Source: Callorhinchus milii (taxonomy: Eukaryota). Taken from it: DNA of 64,000 nucleotides. The stretch lies in NCBI RefSeq assembly GCF_018977255.1, contig NW_024704742.1, positions 96,102,001-96,166,000 of the forward strand, written 5' to 3'. The notes beneath the pieces are model-generated. The model saw nothing but the letters and a program-made list of their open reading frames with translations, ran no database searches and was not told the DNA's origin. Positions 49,757-62,910 of the stretch are shown one piece after another (within the stretch, counting starts at the first letter, position 1; each line of letters opens with the position of its first letter). The position numbers and the translations under genes are program-made.

Positions 49757-50249
49757 GATCAAGCATATAATGCTTGATCATGCCATTGAGATATTGCAAA
49801 GCGCTTCGCAAAATTATTTCTGTGAAGTGTAGTAACTGTGTATTTTGTAGGCAAATGAGGCCGTCAATTTGCACACAGTAATGTCCCAGAAACAGAAAAG
49901 TGCCAATGACTGAATCATGGTGGATTACATGGAGAATGGGGAAACGCATATTGAGGAGGCCATCAGAAGAGAAAGCCTGGACTATGGATGCCATATAGGA
50001 CACTTGAACTGCTCAATACATTGAGGGTTTGTCATAGATACTGTGGTGGAGATAAAGATTTTAAAAAATCATTAAATGGTACAACTGACACTTATTTCCA
50101 TCAGGGCTGTGTACCATCAGGTATAAACATATTTGTTTGTTTGGGGCAAATTTACAGTATTCCTTAAGGTGTTCCTTGTGTTAATTACCTTAAGAAATGC
50201 TTTCATTTTTGGGGGGTCAGCAAGGGTCTGAAACATGTGGAACCTGTTG

Positions 50250-50553
50250 CTGTAGCTCAGTGGTTAGAGCACTCGCTTTGCAAGTGAGAGACCTGAGTTC
50301 AATTCCAGGCAGGGTGAAACCTTGGGCAAGTTTCCTTACTCCACACGCCTAATAATAATCCCTCCAAAAAAAAAATAATAAATTGGTCATTTTTAATCCA
50401 TGACTGTTTGTGGGACATTGCTGTGCGCAATTGGCTGCCGCGTTTGCCCACAAATATAGAGTCAATTCACTTTACAGTATATTCTGTGAAGCGCTTTGGA
50501 ACGTCTAGAAGACGTGAAAAGCGCTATATCAAATGCAAGGATTATTATTATTA
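50250..50553 (+). mobile_element. young SINE family A nested in an RTE/RTEX-like 3' end (50205-50625, -)
   Basis: CTGTAGCTCAGTGGTTAGAGC..(TTA)n. The host sequence TCTGAAACATG|AAACCCATCACCAT resumes after the tail. Confidence 0.92.
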
Positions 50554-50955
50554 TAAACCCATCACCATTCCTAAGAGTATCCAAACCAAACTGAAAATCT
50601 ACCTACAAATAGAAGATTCTATGGAATATCACAAGTTTGTTACTGTTTCTTAATAGGTTCAACCTTATTATTTAAGGAATTACCTGTACTCAACACACTG
50701 GTCCCAGCCTACAACGCCTGCAGTCAGCTGGCTATTTGCCAGTGGTCTTTGCTACCAAGATCTTGGCCGACACTAGCAAACTCACCGTTTAAGGTCAATT
50801 TCCTGGCTTTTCTTTACCAGTAAACCAGCAGCTGACCGGGAGCAGCTACAAGCGAGCAATCAGCACATTGATCACAGACTAGTTCTTTATTAACAAGGAT
50901 GGAGCTAATTAGGAAATGGTAACAAATTTGCAGAATAGCAAACAGTTTATAATTA

Positions 50956-51232
50956 TAAATAATCCTTTTGACATAGCGTTTTTCACTTTTCTAGATGTCT
51001 CAAAGCGCTTCACAGAATATATTGTAAAGTGAATTGACTGTATACTGTGTGGGCGAAATGCAGCAGCCAATTGTGTATAGCGGGTGTCCCATGAACAGCC
51101 GTGGATTGAGTGACCAAATAAATTATTATTTTTTTAAGTAAGGAATCTTGGCCAAGGTTTTGCCCTGGCGGGAATCGAACCCAGGTGTCTTGCTTGCGAG
51201 GCAAGGTCTCTAACCACTGAGCTACCACTCCA
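50956..51232 (-). mobile_element. SINE family A
   Basis: TCTCAAAGCGCTTCACAG..GGAATCGAACCCAGG..CTAACCACTGAGCTAC. Confidence 0.88.
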
Positions 51233-52520
51233 GTTTACCCCTATATTGCATGATGCACTCACAGAAACCCTATATATACCAAAATATATATAGGCTGAAA
51301 GTTGAGATGTGCCTTATGTGATTTGAATCAAAATTTATTAATTGAATCTTGCATATAATTATATGGAATGCTGATAGTAATAATCTTACATTTGATATAG
51401 TGCCTTTCATGTCGGCAGGACATCCCAAAGCACTTCGCTGGATATACTGTATTATACAGTGTGTTTTGTGGGCAAATGAGTGGGGCACAGAAACTGATTA
51501 TTCATGCCAGCTAGTCTGTGCCAGTGTTTATACTCCACACGGCCCCCACCCTTCCTGTTCTCTCCTATATTCCTCTATTCCCACCTCATTCACGAATGTG
51601 TCAAGTTTCCTCTTAAATATGTAATGAGTTGAATCTGTTAAGAAATGTTAAACATTTTAGGCAAGCTCTGTGCATTGATGAAAACATTGTCTTTAAAGGA
51701 TGTCCATATGCAAATTTGAATCATCTAATTCAGACGATTTTTCTTTTCCCCTTAAAAAATTCAAAATGTATCCATTCAATGCTGTGTACATTTGAATGAA
51801 TTAGTGCTACAGCCTATAATACAAATTTGACACATTAATCGTTCGAATTTTGTTTCTGCTACAGGCTTTAAACAGGGTTTTTTGTTTTAGAGATAACTCT
51901 GACATTGACTTTGATGGAAATAGGTCTGTTTGAATCACAATGAAGCAACCACTGATTGTCAGCACATTAACTCAGCCGATAATCCCCACGTCCTCCTCAC
52001 ATTCCATCCTGGATTCCATCTCCCATTCACAGCCTGTTCCAGTCCTTGATTAACTGTGTAGCCATTCCTAGTTTTATTTCCCGTTGACAACTGGCCTTTC
52101 CTCAAGATTTTATCTCTGGTCTATTCAGAGCTGAAGATGGAAGGGGGAGGGGATGGGGGGAGGTTGATGCAATATATGATCTATTTTCAGGTTTTATAAA
52201 ATAGAAACTATGACCCCTGAAACACTCTTACAGAAACAATGAGGGTGAACACTTCACCGTGCACTCCCCCCCACCGCCCCCCACCCTAATAAAAATGATA
52301 CTTTACTAGCATCTTGCACATTGTAAACTTCACTTTCTCTGTGGAAACCTCTCTCAGTCAGACCAATTGGTGAGACTTCAGTTCTGATCCAAGATCTCAT
52401 CGCAGCCAAGGTCTTATCAGTCAGCGTGATGTACTGGGGAATTCCGCTGAAAACAGGCTTCATATCACAAGGTACTTTACGCAATGGGAAGCCTTCAGTA
52501 ATCTGGCAGTTTTATAATAT

Positions 52521-52836
52521 AAATAATAATAATAATCCTTGCATTTGATATAGTGCTTTTCATGTCTTCTAGACGTCTCAAAGCACTTCACAGAATAGAC
52601 TGAAAAGTGAATTGACTGCATTTTTTGTGGGCGAAATATGGCAGCCAATTGCGCACAGCAGTGTCCTACAAACAGTCGTGGTTTGAAGTGACCAATTTAT
52701 TGTTGTTTTTTTTGAGGGATTATTATCAAGCATGTGGAGTAAGGAAATTTGCCCAAGGTTTCACCCTGCTGGGAATTGAACCCATGTCTCTCGCATGCAA
52801 ATCGAATATTCTAACCACTGAGCTACAGGATTTCAC
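52521..52836 (-). mobile_element. SINE family A, full length (a partial copy follows at 52958-53097)
   Basis: Reverse complement of 17122-17431. Confidence 0.92.
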
Positions 52837-53869
52837 ATTGGAGCATTTTTTAACTCCCATTGTCTTGCCACCTTCCATCTCCTTTTCCTACCTGTTTGAG
52901 GCTACTCAGAGCCATTCAGAAAAAGTGTTCCACAAAACATATTGTGCAGCTGGAGATTATAATAAATAATAATCCTTGCATTTGATGTAGCACCTTATCA
53001 TGTCTTTGAGACGTTTCAAAGTGCTTCACAGAATACACTGTAAAGTGAATTAACTGTATATTTTTGTGGGTGAAACATGGCAGTCAATTGTGCACATTAT
53101 ACCTGGCCAGAGACATGCTGCGGGTGTTTCTGTGAAGACGTCTGTCAATGTCCAATGTGGCATGGGCGCTAGTGTTGATACACCTCATCTCACTGGATTT
53201 CACAACTTTTCTCAAATGTTAAAATTCCATCTACTCAGCTTCCAAAGTATTAAACTAAATTGAGCTGCTCAGATGTTCTGATCTGTTAAAATTCCTGCTC
53301 ACATTCATCTTACAGTTCACAATTTCAATCTACTGTTACTGTTAAACCAGGAGATGGCACAATGGGCCATTCTGTGCTATTTTTATTTAGTACAGAAATT
53401 TGTAAAATACATTACATCAGTGTTCAGCTTGAAAGCTTGCTTACAATGAGATTCTGCCAAAGGACAGAATGCACATAAAAACATCATTCTTCAAATTAAT
53501 TGGTCATTCACTTCATGATTGTCCGTGGACTTGTTGGTGCAGAATAGTTGCTGCACTTGCCTACAAAAATCAGTCACTACACTTTACAGTAATCCCTAGT
53601 GAAGCATTTTAAATCTGATAATCTCACAATTGACTAATAAGGGATGTAAATATAACATTGTCTGGAACAATTGTCTAGAGCAAAATTGGAACATTGTTTG
53701 GAACAAAAACATGTAAGATTCAGTTCACAGGACTCTTAAAGAAATAGTATAAGTGGATAAAGCCATAATTCTTGCATTTGCTACATCGGATGATGTCTTC
53801 AAGCATTTCACACACTAAAGAGTGTAGTGTCTATGTACATGTTGGCAAACACAGTCATATTTTGTCTCA

Positions 53870-54275
53870 TTCTCTATCTTTTCCCCATTTGCATTTGTAC
53901 TTTTCCATTTCAGATACGTTGTATTTTCCTTTTGAAAGCTAATATAACTCCTGGGTCAACTGCCATAGTAACAATCCTGTACGTTAAAAAAGACTTAAAT
54001 CCGTGCTTTCTGGTTACTGACTAACTGACCAGTGAAAATAATTTCTCTCTGTTTACTTTATCAAAATCCTCTTTTTTTATTTAAAAACTCTATCAGGTCT
54101 TCTCTCAACTTTCTCTGTTCTAGAGAAAACAACCCTTATTCCTTCTCTCATCTCTGCTTATAAGTAAAAATGCTCTCATCCTTGGTATCAGCCTTGTGAA
54201 TTTCTTAGGAGCCCTTTCTATGGCCTTGACATCCAACCTATAATGGGATGTCAAAAACTAAACTCAGTACTACAA
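53870..54275 (-). mobile_element. old CR1 3' fragment
   Basis: CTCTATCAGGTCTTCTCTC..TTCTAGAGAAAACAACC..GGCCTTGACATCC, which reads LFSLE..REDLIE and DVKAIE on the reverse strand. Confidence 0.75.
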
Positions 54276-54277
54276 CT

Positions 54278-54621
54278 GGAGTTCTGTAGGGTATTGGTTA
54301 GAGCACTCACCTTGCAAGTGAGAGGACCTGGGCGAGGGCAGGCGAAACCTTAGGCAAGTTTCCTTACTCAACGCACTTCTATTTACCTTGCAGTAAGTAG
54401 GAACCTGATTGTTAGTCTATTGGCGGATAATAATCCCTTTATTAAAAAAAATTTGGTCTCTCCATCAATCCAAGACTTTTTGGGACATTGCTCTGTGTAA
54501 TTGTCTACCGCTTTTTGCCCACAAAATATAGTCAATTCACTTTACAGTATATTCTGTGAAGAGCTTTGAGATGTCTCAACGATGAGTTAAGGCACTATAT
54601 CAAATGTAAGGATTATTATTA
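54278..54621 (+). mobile_element. SINE family A, second long-spacer variant
   Basis: GGAGTTCTGTAGGGTATTGGTTAGAGCAC..AAACCTTAGGCAAGTTTCCTTACTC, a ~50-bp extra segment and the standard 3' part. Confidence 0.85.
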
Positions 54622-54634
54622 CAACTAATGTCAA

Positions 54635-55110
54635 CCTGCCTCAGTTGGTAGTACTTTTGTCTCTGAGTTTGAAGATTGTTGTCCCCATGTCAGAACGTTG
54701 AACTCACAGTTTGGGCTGACACTCCATTGCAAAGCTGGCGGAGGGCTGCATTGTGAAAGTGCCTTCCTCCAGTTACATCACTTAACCAAGATCTTGTCTC
54801 ATCTGTTCAGATGGATGTTAAACAACAACAAAACAATAAAATTACATGTGTGTAGCACCTTTCACGTCATAAAGATCCCATGGCATTAGTTGAAAAGACG
54901 GTTGAGCTTCTCCTGATGTCTAGCTAACATCTTCCCATATAAAATTAGCCATTGACTTCATGGCTGTTTTGGGGATATTGCTGTGCACAAATTGGCTGCT
55001 GTGTTTGCCTACAAAATGTATAGTCATTACACATTATAGTAAATCCTGTGAAGTGCTTTTAGATGTTCTCCTGACGTGAAAGGTGCTACATCAAATGCAA
55101 GGATTATTAT
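54635..55110 (+). mobile_element. Deu-domain SINE with nested antisense L2 tail (54823-54869)
   Basis: CTCAGTTGGTAG..TCTGAGT..GCTGACACTCCA..GGATGTTAAA|insert|TAAAGATCCCATGGC, followed by the tail. Confidence 0.85.
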
Positions 55111-56834
55111 AAAGATTTATAAGGCTTAGCATTACTTATGAATTTAACATTATAAGTTTCAATTACTTAGGACAAGACACCTGCTTCATGCATATATTAA
55201 ATGAGGGCCAAAGTGATAAAAATTCAACACATATACTATAACGGATCTGACACTGAGAGCACAAAAGCTAAGTGAGATTGCAGAATATAATCTTTAATTT
55301 ATTAATTTTCAGCATCAAGGATGATACAGAAGTGATGAAAATCATTGTTTTGTTTAATAACAATTCAATAAAGAAGATTATTATACTATAGATCATTATT
55401 ATGCAGTAAAAACATAGCTAAAATCATCACTAACACTAATAGATACAACACTCCAAAATTACTTTGACATACAACTTGGGATTTACTTACATGATACTCC
55501 ATAGGATCAGCTTCTGAATAAAGTGTCACAACAGCCAGTGTTCCCCGAGGACATTCTACAACCCTGTCAGGCTTGCTATCAGAGGTCTCCAAGCAATTCT
55601 GACAGGTGACACTGGTGTAATGTTGCTGTAGAACTGGTGTAAACCACGATGCATAAGATAGAAATATTTTCAGTGCTCTTTGGAAATCTGGTTATATTGG
55701 TTGAAATTTTGCTACGTCCTATCTGTATAACTATTTTGTCTTAAAATTCAAAATTGTGCACAATTGTGGAATAATCCATGTTACGCATTAAGACTCAATT
55801 TGAGAATTTATCACAATTCTACCCATTATAAATTGTATGGCTAAATGGTCCTAACAAATATTAGGCAGAATTTCAGGCCTATAATGACCATAAATGGGGT
55901 GAAAAGATGATGCTTACTTCATCGTCATTCAAATTTGATTGGTTGAGGCACTCCCTACCTCCAGTGATACATCCAACTGATTAGTTGCCTCTAGAAGCCA
56001 ACCCAAAGTGTGACGCACATCTCTTTGCAAATAAAAATGAATAAATTCATAACGTTTACTCTTTACATTATTGTTTCCACTTCATATCTAAACATCTGTT
56101 ACAGCTATTGTACTTGTCAAGCTACACTGTGTTGGAGATTGACATCAAACAGACACAGAACACAAAGTGGCAGAGAGGAGCTGGGCCAGGGATCTGAACT
56201 AACCTCACCCATTATGTTCCATCATAATTGATTTTAACAGCGTTTCCCTGCTATTGACCCTGCAACATGATCAAACAATACACAAGGAGCAATAATAAAT
56301 AAAGGATGTTTATGGAATTAAAATGAACAGGAAGGTGATATAATTTAATTGGTGGCCAATTACAGCAGAATTAGTTCAGACATGAGATGAACCCAGAAGC
56401 TTGAACTAGTCTTGAAATGAATGCATTGATCTCCAATTAAACACACACTACCAACTCCCTGGGACTGCTGCAGACTGTCTTGTGTTCTCTCTTGGCTCTC
56501 ACTACAATAGTTCTGTCAGCTGAATTTGTAAATTAGTATCTTGGGAACTACAGGCTGTGTCAACAGGGTTTTATTTACTTCAGAGACTGGAAACTAAATG
56601 CTCACTACATGTGGGTCTTCAGCGGTCATTGGCAACTTGCTTTCTTGCAGGTAAAGAAGTTGGTTACAGAAGTGACAGATCATAATTTCTGCTGTTGGGA
56701 CTTGTTATTACTAGCTCAAGATTCTCTCAAAATGTAACTTACCTGCCATAACTGAGAAAAACGCTTCTCTCTCTGTTTCTTCTTAGGGAGTTTTCCTGCT
56801 AGCTTCTCAATTGCATTCCTGAGAATGTTGACTT

Positions 56835-56960
56835 CCATATTGACTTGTCCGCTCCCTTCGCTCACCGACCTGTCTGCTCCATGTTCCATGCCCAGTCCCC
56901 CACTTTTGACGATCGGGCCTTCTTCTGCTCTGCCCCCACCCTTTGGAACTCCATTCCACA
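56835..56960 (+). mobile_element. L2 fragment
   Basis: PTFDDRAFFCSAPTLWNSIP. Confidence 0.7.
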
Positions 56961-57337
56961 ATCCCAATTCTACCTGACACACTGTTCCGAACCAAAGTGC
57001 AACTGCCAGTCTGAACCCAGCTCAAGTCCAGTTGGCAGAATTCCTAACGCTGCTAATGCACAGAAAGAAGCACTACTCTTATGAGCAATGTCCTGTTCGG
57101 TGCCAAGTGTAATTTATTTCTTGGGCTGCTGCAAGTCAGTGTAACATTTGAAATGTATTAAGTTCTCCACTTTTCTTATTAGTTGTGTGTATGAATGGAG
57201 ACTCCAGCTTTTATTTTGCTAACACAATACAGGTTACTTGCGATACTGCCATTTACCTCCAACAGTGTTGGAGTTCATTCAACCTGAAAAATTTTTATTA
57301 TGTTAATTTCTATCAAGCAGTGTGTACAGAAGGACTC

Positions 57338-57692
57338 CAATGGCTCAGTTGGGAAGTTACTACCCAGTGTTAAAACTGAGCTATATGGACTCTGAAAGTC
57401 CCTCGTTCAATCCCAAGTTTGTCCTTCGGATGCGACAATAAACTGAGATCCTATCTGCTTGTTCAAATGGACAGTAAAGATCACATGAAACTATGTGAAA
57501 AGCAAAGGGAGTTTCTCCTGGTACCCTGGCTAACAATCCCCCAGATAAAAAAAAGTCATTCATTTCCTTGCTTTCTGTGGGATCCTGCTGTGTGCAAATT
57601 GTCTACAATGCCAGTCACCACACTTTGCAGAACACCCTGTGAGATATTTTGATGGTATTGATGCTATGTCAAATGCAAGAGTTATTATTATT
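57338..57692 (+). mobile_element. old Deu-domain SINE
   Basis: TGGCTCAGTTGG head, GTTCAATCCC, TAAAGATCACATG..GTGGGATCCTGCTGTGTGCAAATTG and AAATGCAAG.(TTA)n. Confidence 0.7.
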
Positions 57693-59264
57693 TATTGATA
57701 TTATTATCTGCTTGAGTGAGGTGAACTGTTTGTCAGGTTGAAGTTCACTTTGTGAATCCAGTCCCTGTCTCAGATGTTTTTTTCAGTGTAATGTATTTGA
57801 TGAACCTATGCAGTGTGAGCCCTCCCCTCTTTCCCAACCCTTCACACCTCAATCTCCATAGCTGGGGTCTTAGGTCGCTTACATACCCTTGGAGATGGCC
57901 TGTGAGGGATGGAGCACAGCTCATTAGATGTGATTGGGAAGCACTTTAGAGCTTTCCCCACACCTGCTTTGCTGGATTTGTAGACTCTGGGGCAAACTAA
58001 TAATAATAATTTATAATACTTGATTTTATTATGTGAATTGAAAACATTTCCAAGATCATTGCACAAGTTATTTTAAAGTGCGATGACCTTTACACAGACG
58101 AACACGGGAAATAATTTGCACCAATGTTCCCCAAACATAAATGAGACGGACGACCAATTGATCTGTTTGTGGAGGAGGAACATCAGACAGGACATTGGAA
58201 GGCTGAAATTCCCTGTTGGTGACAATGGCCTTAAAGGGTCAATGTTAGAAGAAATCCTGCTCTGTTGTTGCACATACACGATTGCGGTATTCAGACAATG
58301 AGGTTTGACCTTTTCTAATCCTATTGCAAATAATGTATTTTTGACTCCAGTGTATGGAAGAGTAACAAGAGACAGAGAGCTGTGGGAGCTGGCAGAGGGT
58401 TTCGGTCTTATGCTTAGTTTGGTGTTGAGGAGTGAGTGACTGACTTACATGTGGTCACACAATTAGACATGTTGGCATAAGAGTCACTCCCACAAACACA
58501 TCTTTTCACACATTCAGCAGCTGTGCAGAGCAGGAGCTAAACTCCCCTGCTAACTCAACTGCCCTTCCCTCTCTGACTGATTACACATTGAATGTAATAA
58601 ATTACATTATCGTCCCAGTTTCTCTGAAGTTAGCCGCTGTCTCCTGTGTATATTGAATGAACATATAAATAATTATTTTGCCTCTGATTGCAGCACAGAG
58701 CATGCTGATTTCAGCAAGTGCTTCTTTCTCATGAAGTAATAAATGCAAGAGGCTACCCTGTTAAACAGTGATCAATTCCTACAGGAACATGTGATGCTTG
58801 ATCATCCATAAATGGGGCAGCAGTGATGTATGGCTCCAGCGCATACACTCATTGCCGTGCTCAGCAAAATGCTCAACTGCAACACAAGAAACATCTATCC
58901 AAAGACATATGAATCACCTTGGACTATAATTGGAAAATAATATCTACCAGTTCACCAAGTAACAATGCTACTGTTTTTCTTAGGTCAGGATGCCATCATT
59001 TCTTATGAGTAAACCATACTCTGAATAACCCCAGAACACGCTGCACAGAGGGAGCTGAAAAGTGCAACAATATTGTTGTACTGAAAGATAGTTACTTTGG
59101 TGGGCTTGCAGCTGAAATCACGAGCTGGGTGCGGGGAGGGATGAGAAAGGAGAACAAAATATTTTGATGGAAGACATAATTGCCAGAAGTTTTTACGATT
59201 GACCATATTTCAGTGAATTTTCTGTAATTTCCCAAATTTTGCTTTGTTACAAAAAATAATCTTT

Positions 59265-59675
59265 CTTTTGGGGTCAATCCAATCTAGGCAGAAACCCATC
59301 GCAATGCCAAATGTGTTGAACATCCATCAAATCCCTTTGTCTGGAATGGAATATGCATGAAGGAATGCAACCTATTATGAATAATACTACTAATACTAAA
59401 CATTCTTGGATTTGATACACTGTCTTTCATATAGGGTGGTTGTGTAGTGACTGTGGTATTTTGTAGGTGTACATTCATCTAATCATGGAAAGTATTCCAG
59501 GTAGTTTGGCAGGAGCCAAAGCTTGGGGACCTCAGATTGCGCCTTCGGATACTCCTGGAGTCTAACCAACTAAAACTGTGTAGCTTGCCTTTGCAAACAC
59601 TGTCTGGCAAACATCTTTTCTTGCTAGGACTACTCTAGCCATTAGGGCTGCAAAGTTAACAGGAGTCGAGTGGAT
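59265..59675 (-). mobile_element. 3' end of the RTE/RTEX-like LINE family with nested SINE tail (~59375-59480)
   Basis: GCAGAAACCCATC..GGAATGGAAT..GAGCCAAAGCTTGGGGACCTCAGA..CTGGAGTCTAAC..GCTAGGAC..GTTAACAGGAG, colinear with 16080-16450. Confidence 0.75.
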
Positions 59676-61169
59676 TTAATAGATTCTGTTCCATTCCCAG
59701 CAGTTTGTGGAGCAGGAAGCTGAGCATTGAAATCTGCTGTTTGTTTTATCGAGGTGAAATTTGCGACATTTCTCATTGAATCCATTATGAAAAGTCTCTT
59801 TTTTCACTCCATTTGTTTTAGAATGGTATGAATAAGCCAGTCGTATGATCAGCTTCGTAATAATATTCAATCAAATTCAGTCCATTAAAAGTTCCTGAAT
59901 AGTTCTGCCTGATATCAAATAATGACAAACTGCCTGAGGACTTTTGGACCACGCGCAGAGAGGCAAGCTCAGTGAGATCTGGGTTGATACACTGCATGGA
60001 TGCAAATTGCACTACTTCTGATACCACCTCCTCCAGGCTGTATCAGCTCAGCCCCACCGCCCTGCACTGCACACACAGGAGAAACACACTATTTGTTTCA
60101 GCGGATCTGTTGGTGCTGGAGCTGGAAGTATCTTTTTTTTGCCAGTGTCTTTAGGGAATGGGGAACAATGCTACATTTCAAACTATTGGACCAGGAAACA
60201 TTACGGGAAATCTAAATAAAATGGGACCAATAGCAGCTCCCCACCAAACAGCAATAATGGCTGGAAATATCCCCATATTCAGGTGAAAGGTTAATCTCCT
60301 GCTGTTGTCTATTTCCGAATCCATTTGCACAAGACTGATCATTCGTACAAAAGAAAAACTGTACAAAAAAAATCTTTCAAAGCACTGCTCAAGTTTTCCT
60401 CAGAAATCATGAGAAGTTAAAACACATGGGAATGTTTTTCGTTTTGAATTGATAATTTATGGCACATTATGGTTTTGAAAGCTTGCAGACATTGCTCTGG
60501 ATCTCCTCTAGAAAATGCAGCAAATCATTGCAGAAATGCTTTTGGGGCAGTTATGATGCACTTCACTTTCCTACCCTTCGCAGGCTGTAGAAAGACACTT
60601 CTGTGAAATGCCCCAACACTGCAATGGTGGGGCATGAATTTCACTGTCATGTCAGGTCTTCAGACAGTAAATAATGATGTTTCACAAACAATTTTAAACA
60701 CAGCCTGGTCACTTTAATAGAGAAAATATTTTTAACTATTCAAACACAAAGAGTTACTACAAATGACTATCCTACTTTATAGTACTTTAAACGTCTCCAT
60801 GTACATAAATTGAATGTTGCCAAAACAGAGCAAGAGGAGTCGGTTATTTCAAGGTTGCTTCACCATTTGATCTCATAATCAAGGCTGACACTCCATTACG
60901 CATTTAACAAGAAAGTAGGAGACAATAATAGATTGTTATGAATGGGAAAGAAAAGTTCACTAGCAGTTTCAGATCCCAAACTGCACAGAAATCTGAGAAA
61001 GAAAATATGTTCAAAATAAAATCCTACACAACACAAAACATTCAAAAATGAGTCCAACGCCCCATAAAAAAAAACACATGATTACAACACAAATAAGTGG
61101 GAAGTCTGTGTTTTAAAGAGCAATTATTTTTTCCAGCTAAAGTTTTTTTTCTCAATGAGTTGCCATGAA

Positions 61170-61500
61170 GTAATAAAAAACATCTTTTTATGGTCTTTCC
61201 ATGTGAAAATTATGTCAACGTGCTTCAAAAGTAATTACCATCAAGTATTGTTCCAGTGTTTTTGGAGGCAAATCTGGCAACCATTTGCTCCAGGAAGGTC
61301 CAACAAACAGCACATCAGAGGTCAAGACATCGGAGAACTCCCTTCTTTTTTCAAATAGTGTAATGGGATCTTTAATGTCGACTTGAGGAGCAGGCCAAAT
61401 GAAACCTCAATTTAATGCATCATTCAAAGGATAGCATCTCCAATGATGCAGCACTAGTCCAATAATGCACTGGAACGTCAGCCTTGACTATGAGCTCAAA
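61170..61500 (-). mobile_element. old Deu-domain SINE
   Basis: AATAGTGTAATGGGATCTTTAATGTC..GCAGCACT..TGCACTGGAACGTCAGCCT. Confidence 0.7.
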
Positions 61501-61834
61501 TGGTGAAGCAGGCTTAAATAGCCTACTTCTCTTCTTATGTTTTTGAAACATTCAATGAGTTTTACGTGCATGGAGAACTTTAAAGTACTGTGAAGTAGGA
61601 TTGTGACCAATAGTAAAGCTTTGCATCTGAAATGAAACATTTTCTCTGTTAAAGGGGTAAATGTATATGTAAAATTGTTTGTGAAATTATTATTACTTAC
61701 TGCCTAAAGACTTGCTGCAACAGCAAAATTCACATCCCAACACATCATTGCAAAACAAAATTGCGTTTCTATTGTTTGGATACGATATTATGAGGACAAC
61801 ATTATTGTGCACCTATTCTGGAATTACAGCTTTA

Positions 61835-62910
61835 CAACAACAACAAATTCCACTTATATAGCACCCTACACGCAGGGTAGAATCTCAGAGCGCTTCACAG
61901 TGGCGGAGCCTGACTCTGAGCCATGGCGGGGGAGATGGCCATAAGCACAGTCGAAGAGGAAGGTTTTCAGGTGGGACTTGAAAAAGGGGAGAGGGAGCAA
62001 GGCAGAGGAATTGAGGAAGAGTGTTCCAGAGTTTTGGGAGCAGTGGCTGAAAGCGCACCTCCGATGGTGGGGCGGTGGGTGCGAGGGATGAGCAGGAGAC
62101 TGGTGTCAGTCGAGCTGAGGCGCCGGGAGGTGGATTGGGGAGTGAGGAGGTCGGAGAGGTAGGGAGGTGCCAGAGAGTGAATGGATTTGAACACGAGTGT
62201 AAGGATCTTGAAGTTGATCCGTTCAGTGATGGGGAGCCAGTGGAGGCTGGCCAGAACTGGTGTGAGATGTGAGATATGGAATTTGGTCCAGGTAAGTATT
62301 CAGTCGGCAGAGTTTTGAATGAACTGGAACTTTTAAATGGTGGAGTTGGGGAGACTGGCAAAGAGTGCCTTTGAGTAATCCATGGAGGAGGTAACAAACG
62401 CATGTACAAGGGTTTTGGCTGCATTTGCGGTAAGGTACGGTCGGATGCGGGCAATGTGGCAGAGGTGGAAGAAGGCGGTCCTGGTCAGGGACAGAATGTG
62501 TGGAAGGAAGGACAGCTGGGAGTCGAACCGGACCCCTAGATTGTGCACTGGTTTGGTGAGACTGAGGGAGAGCCCAGGGAGGTTGTGGAGTTTAGATCCA
62601 TAGGAGTGAAGGCGTTCACGGAAGCCAAGGAGTATGGCTTCCGTCTTGTCCATATTCAGCTGCAGGATGCTTACACTCATCGAGGCCTTGATGTCTGCCA
62701 GATAAGCTGATATAACATTGGTGGACCTGGAGTTGGTACTGGAGGAAGCAAAGTAGATTTGTGTGTCATCCGTATATGTGTGGAAGTTTACCCCGTGTCT
62801 GCGAATGACATCTCCTAGAGGGAGCTTATCGATAAGGAAAAGTAGAGTGCCAAGGATGGAGCCCCGGGATACCCCGCAGGTGACTGTGCAGGAGTGGGAG
62901 GAGAAACTAT
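61835..62910 (-). mobile_element. 5'-truncated L2 LINE, second subfamily
   Basis: (CAA)n tail. The reverse strand reads TVTCGVSRGSILG.LLFL, FHTYTDDTQIY, VHNLGVRFDSQLSF and HAFVTSSMDYS. Confidence 0.92.

Noticed and set aside
52254..52484. Open frames on both strands next to a SINE
   Set aside because: No recognisable product and weak splice signals.
60155..60282. Possible + strand exon (TTTAG acceptor, open frame GMGNNATFQTIGPG.., CAG/GTGAAA donor)
   Set aside because: The peptide is not recognised, the donor is weak and there are no partner exons; expected by chance in 64 kb.
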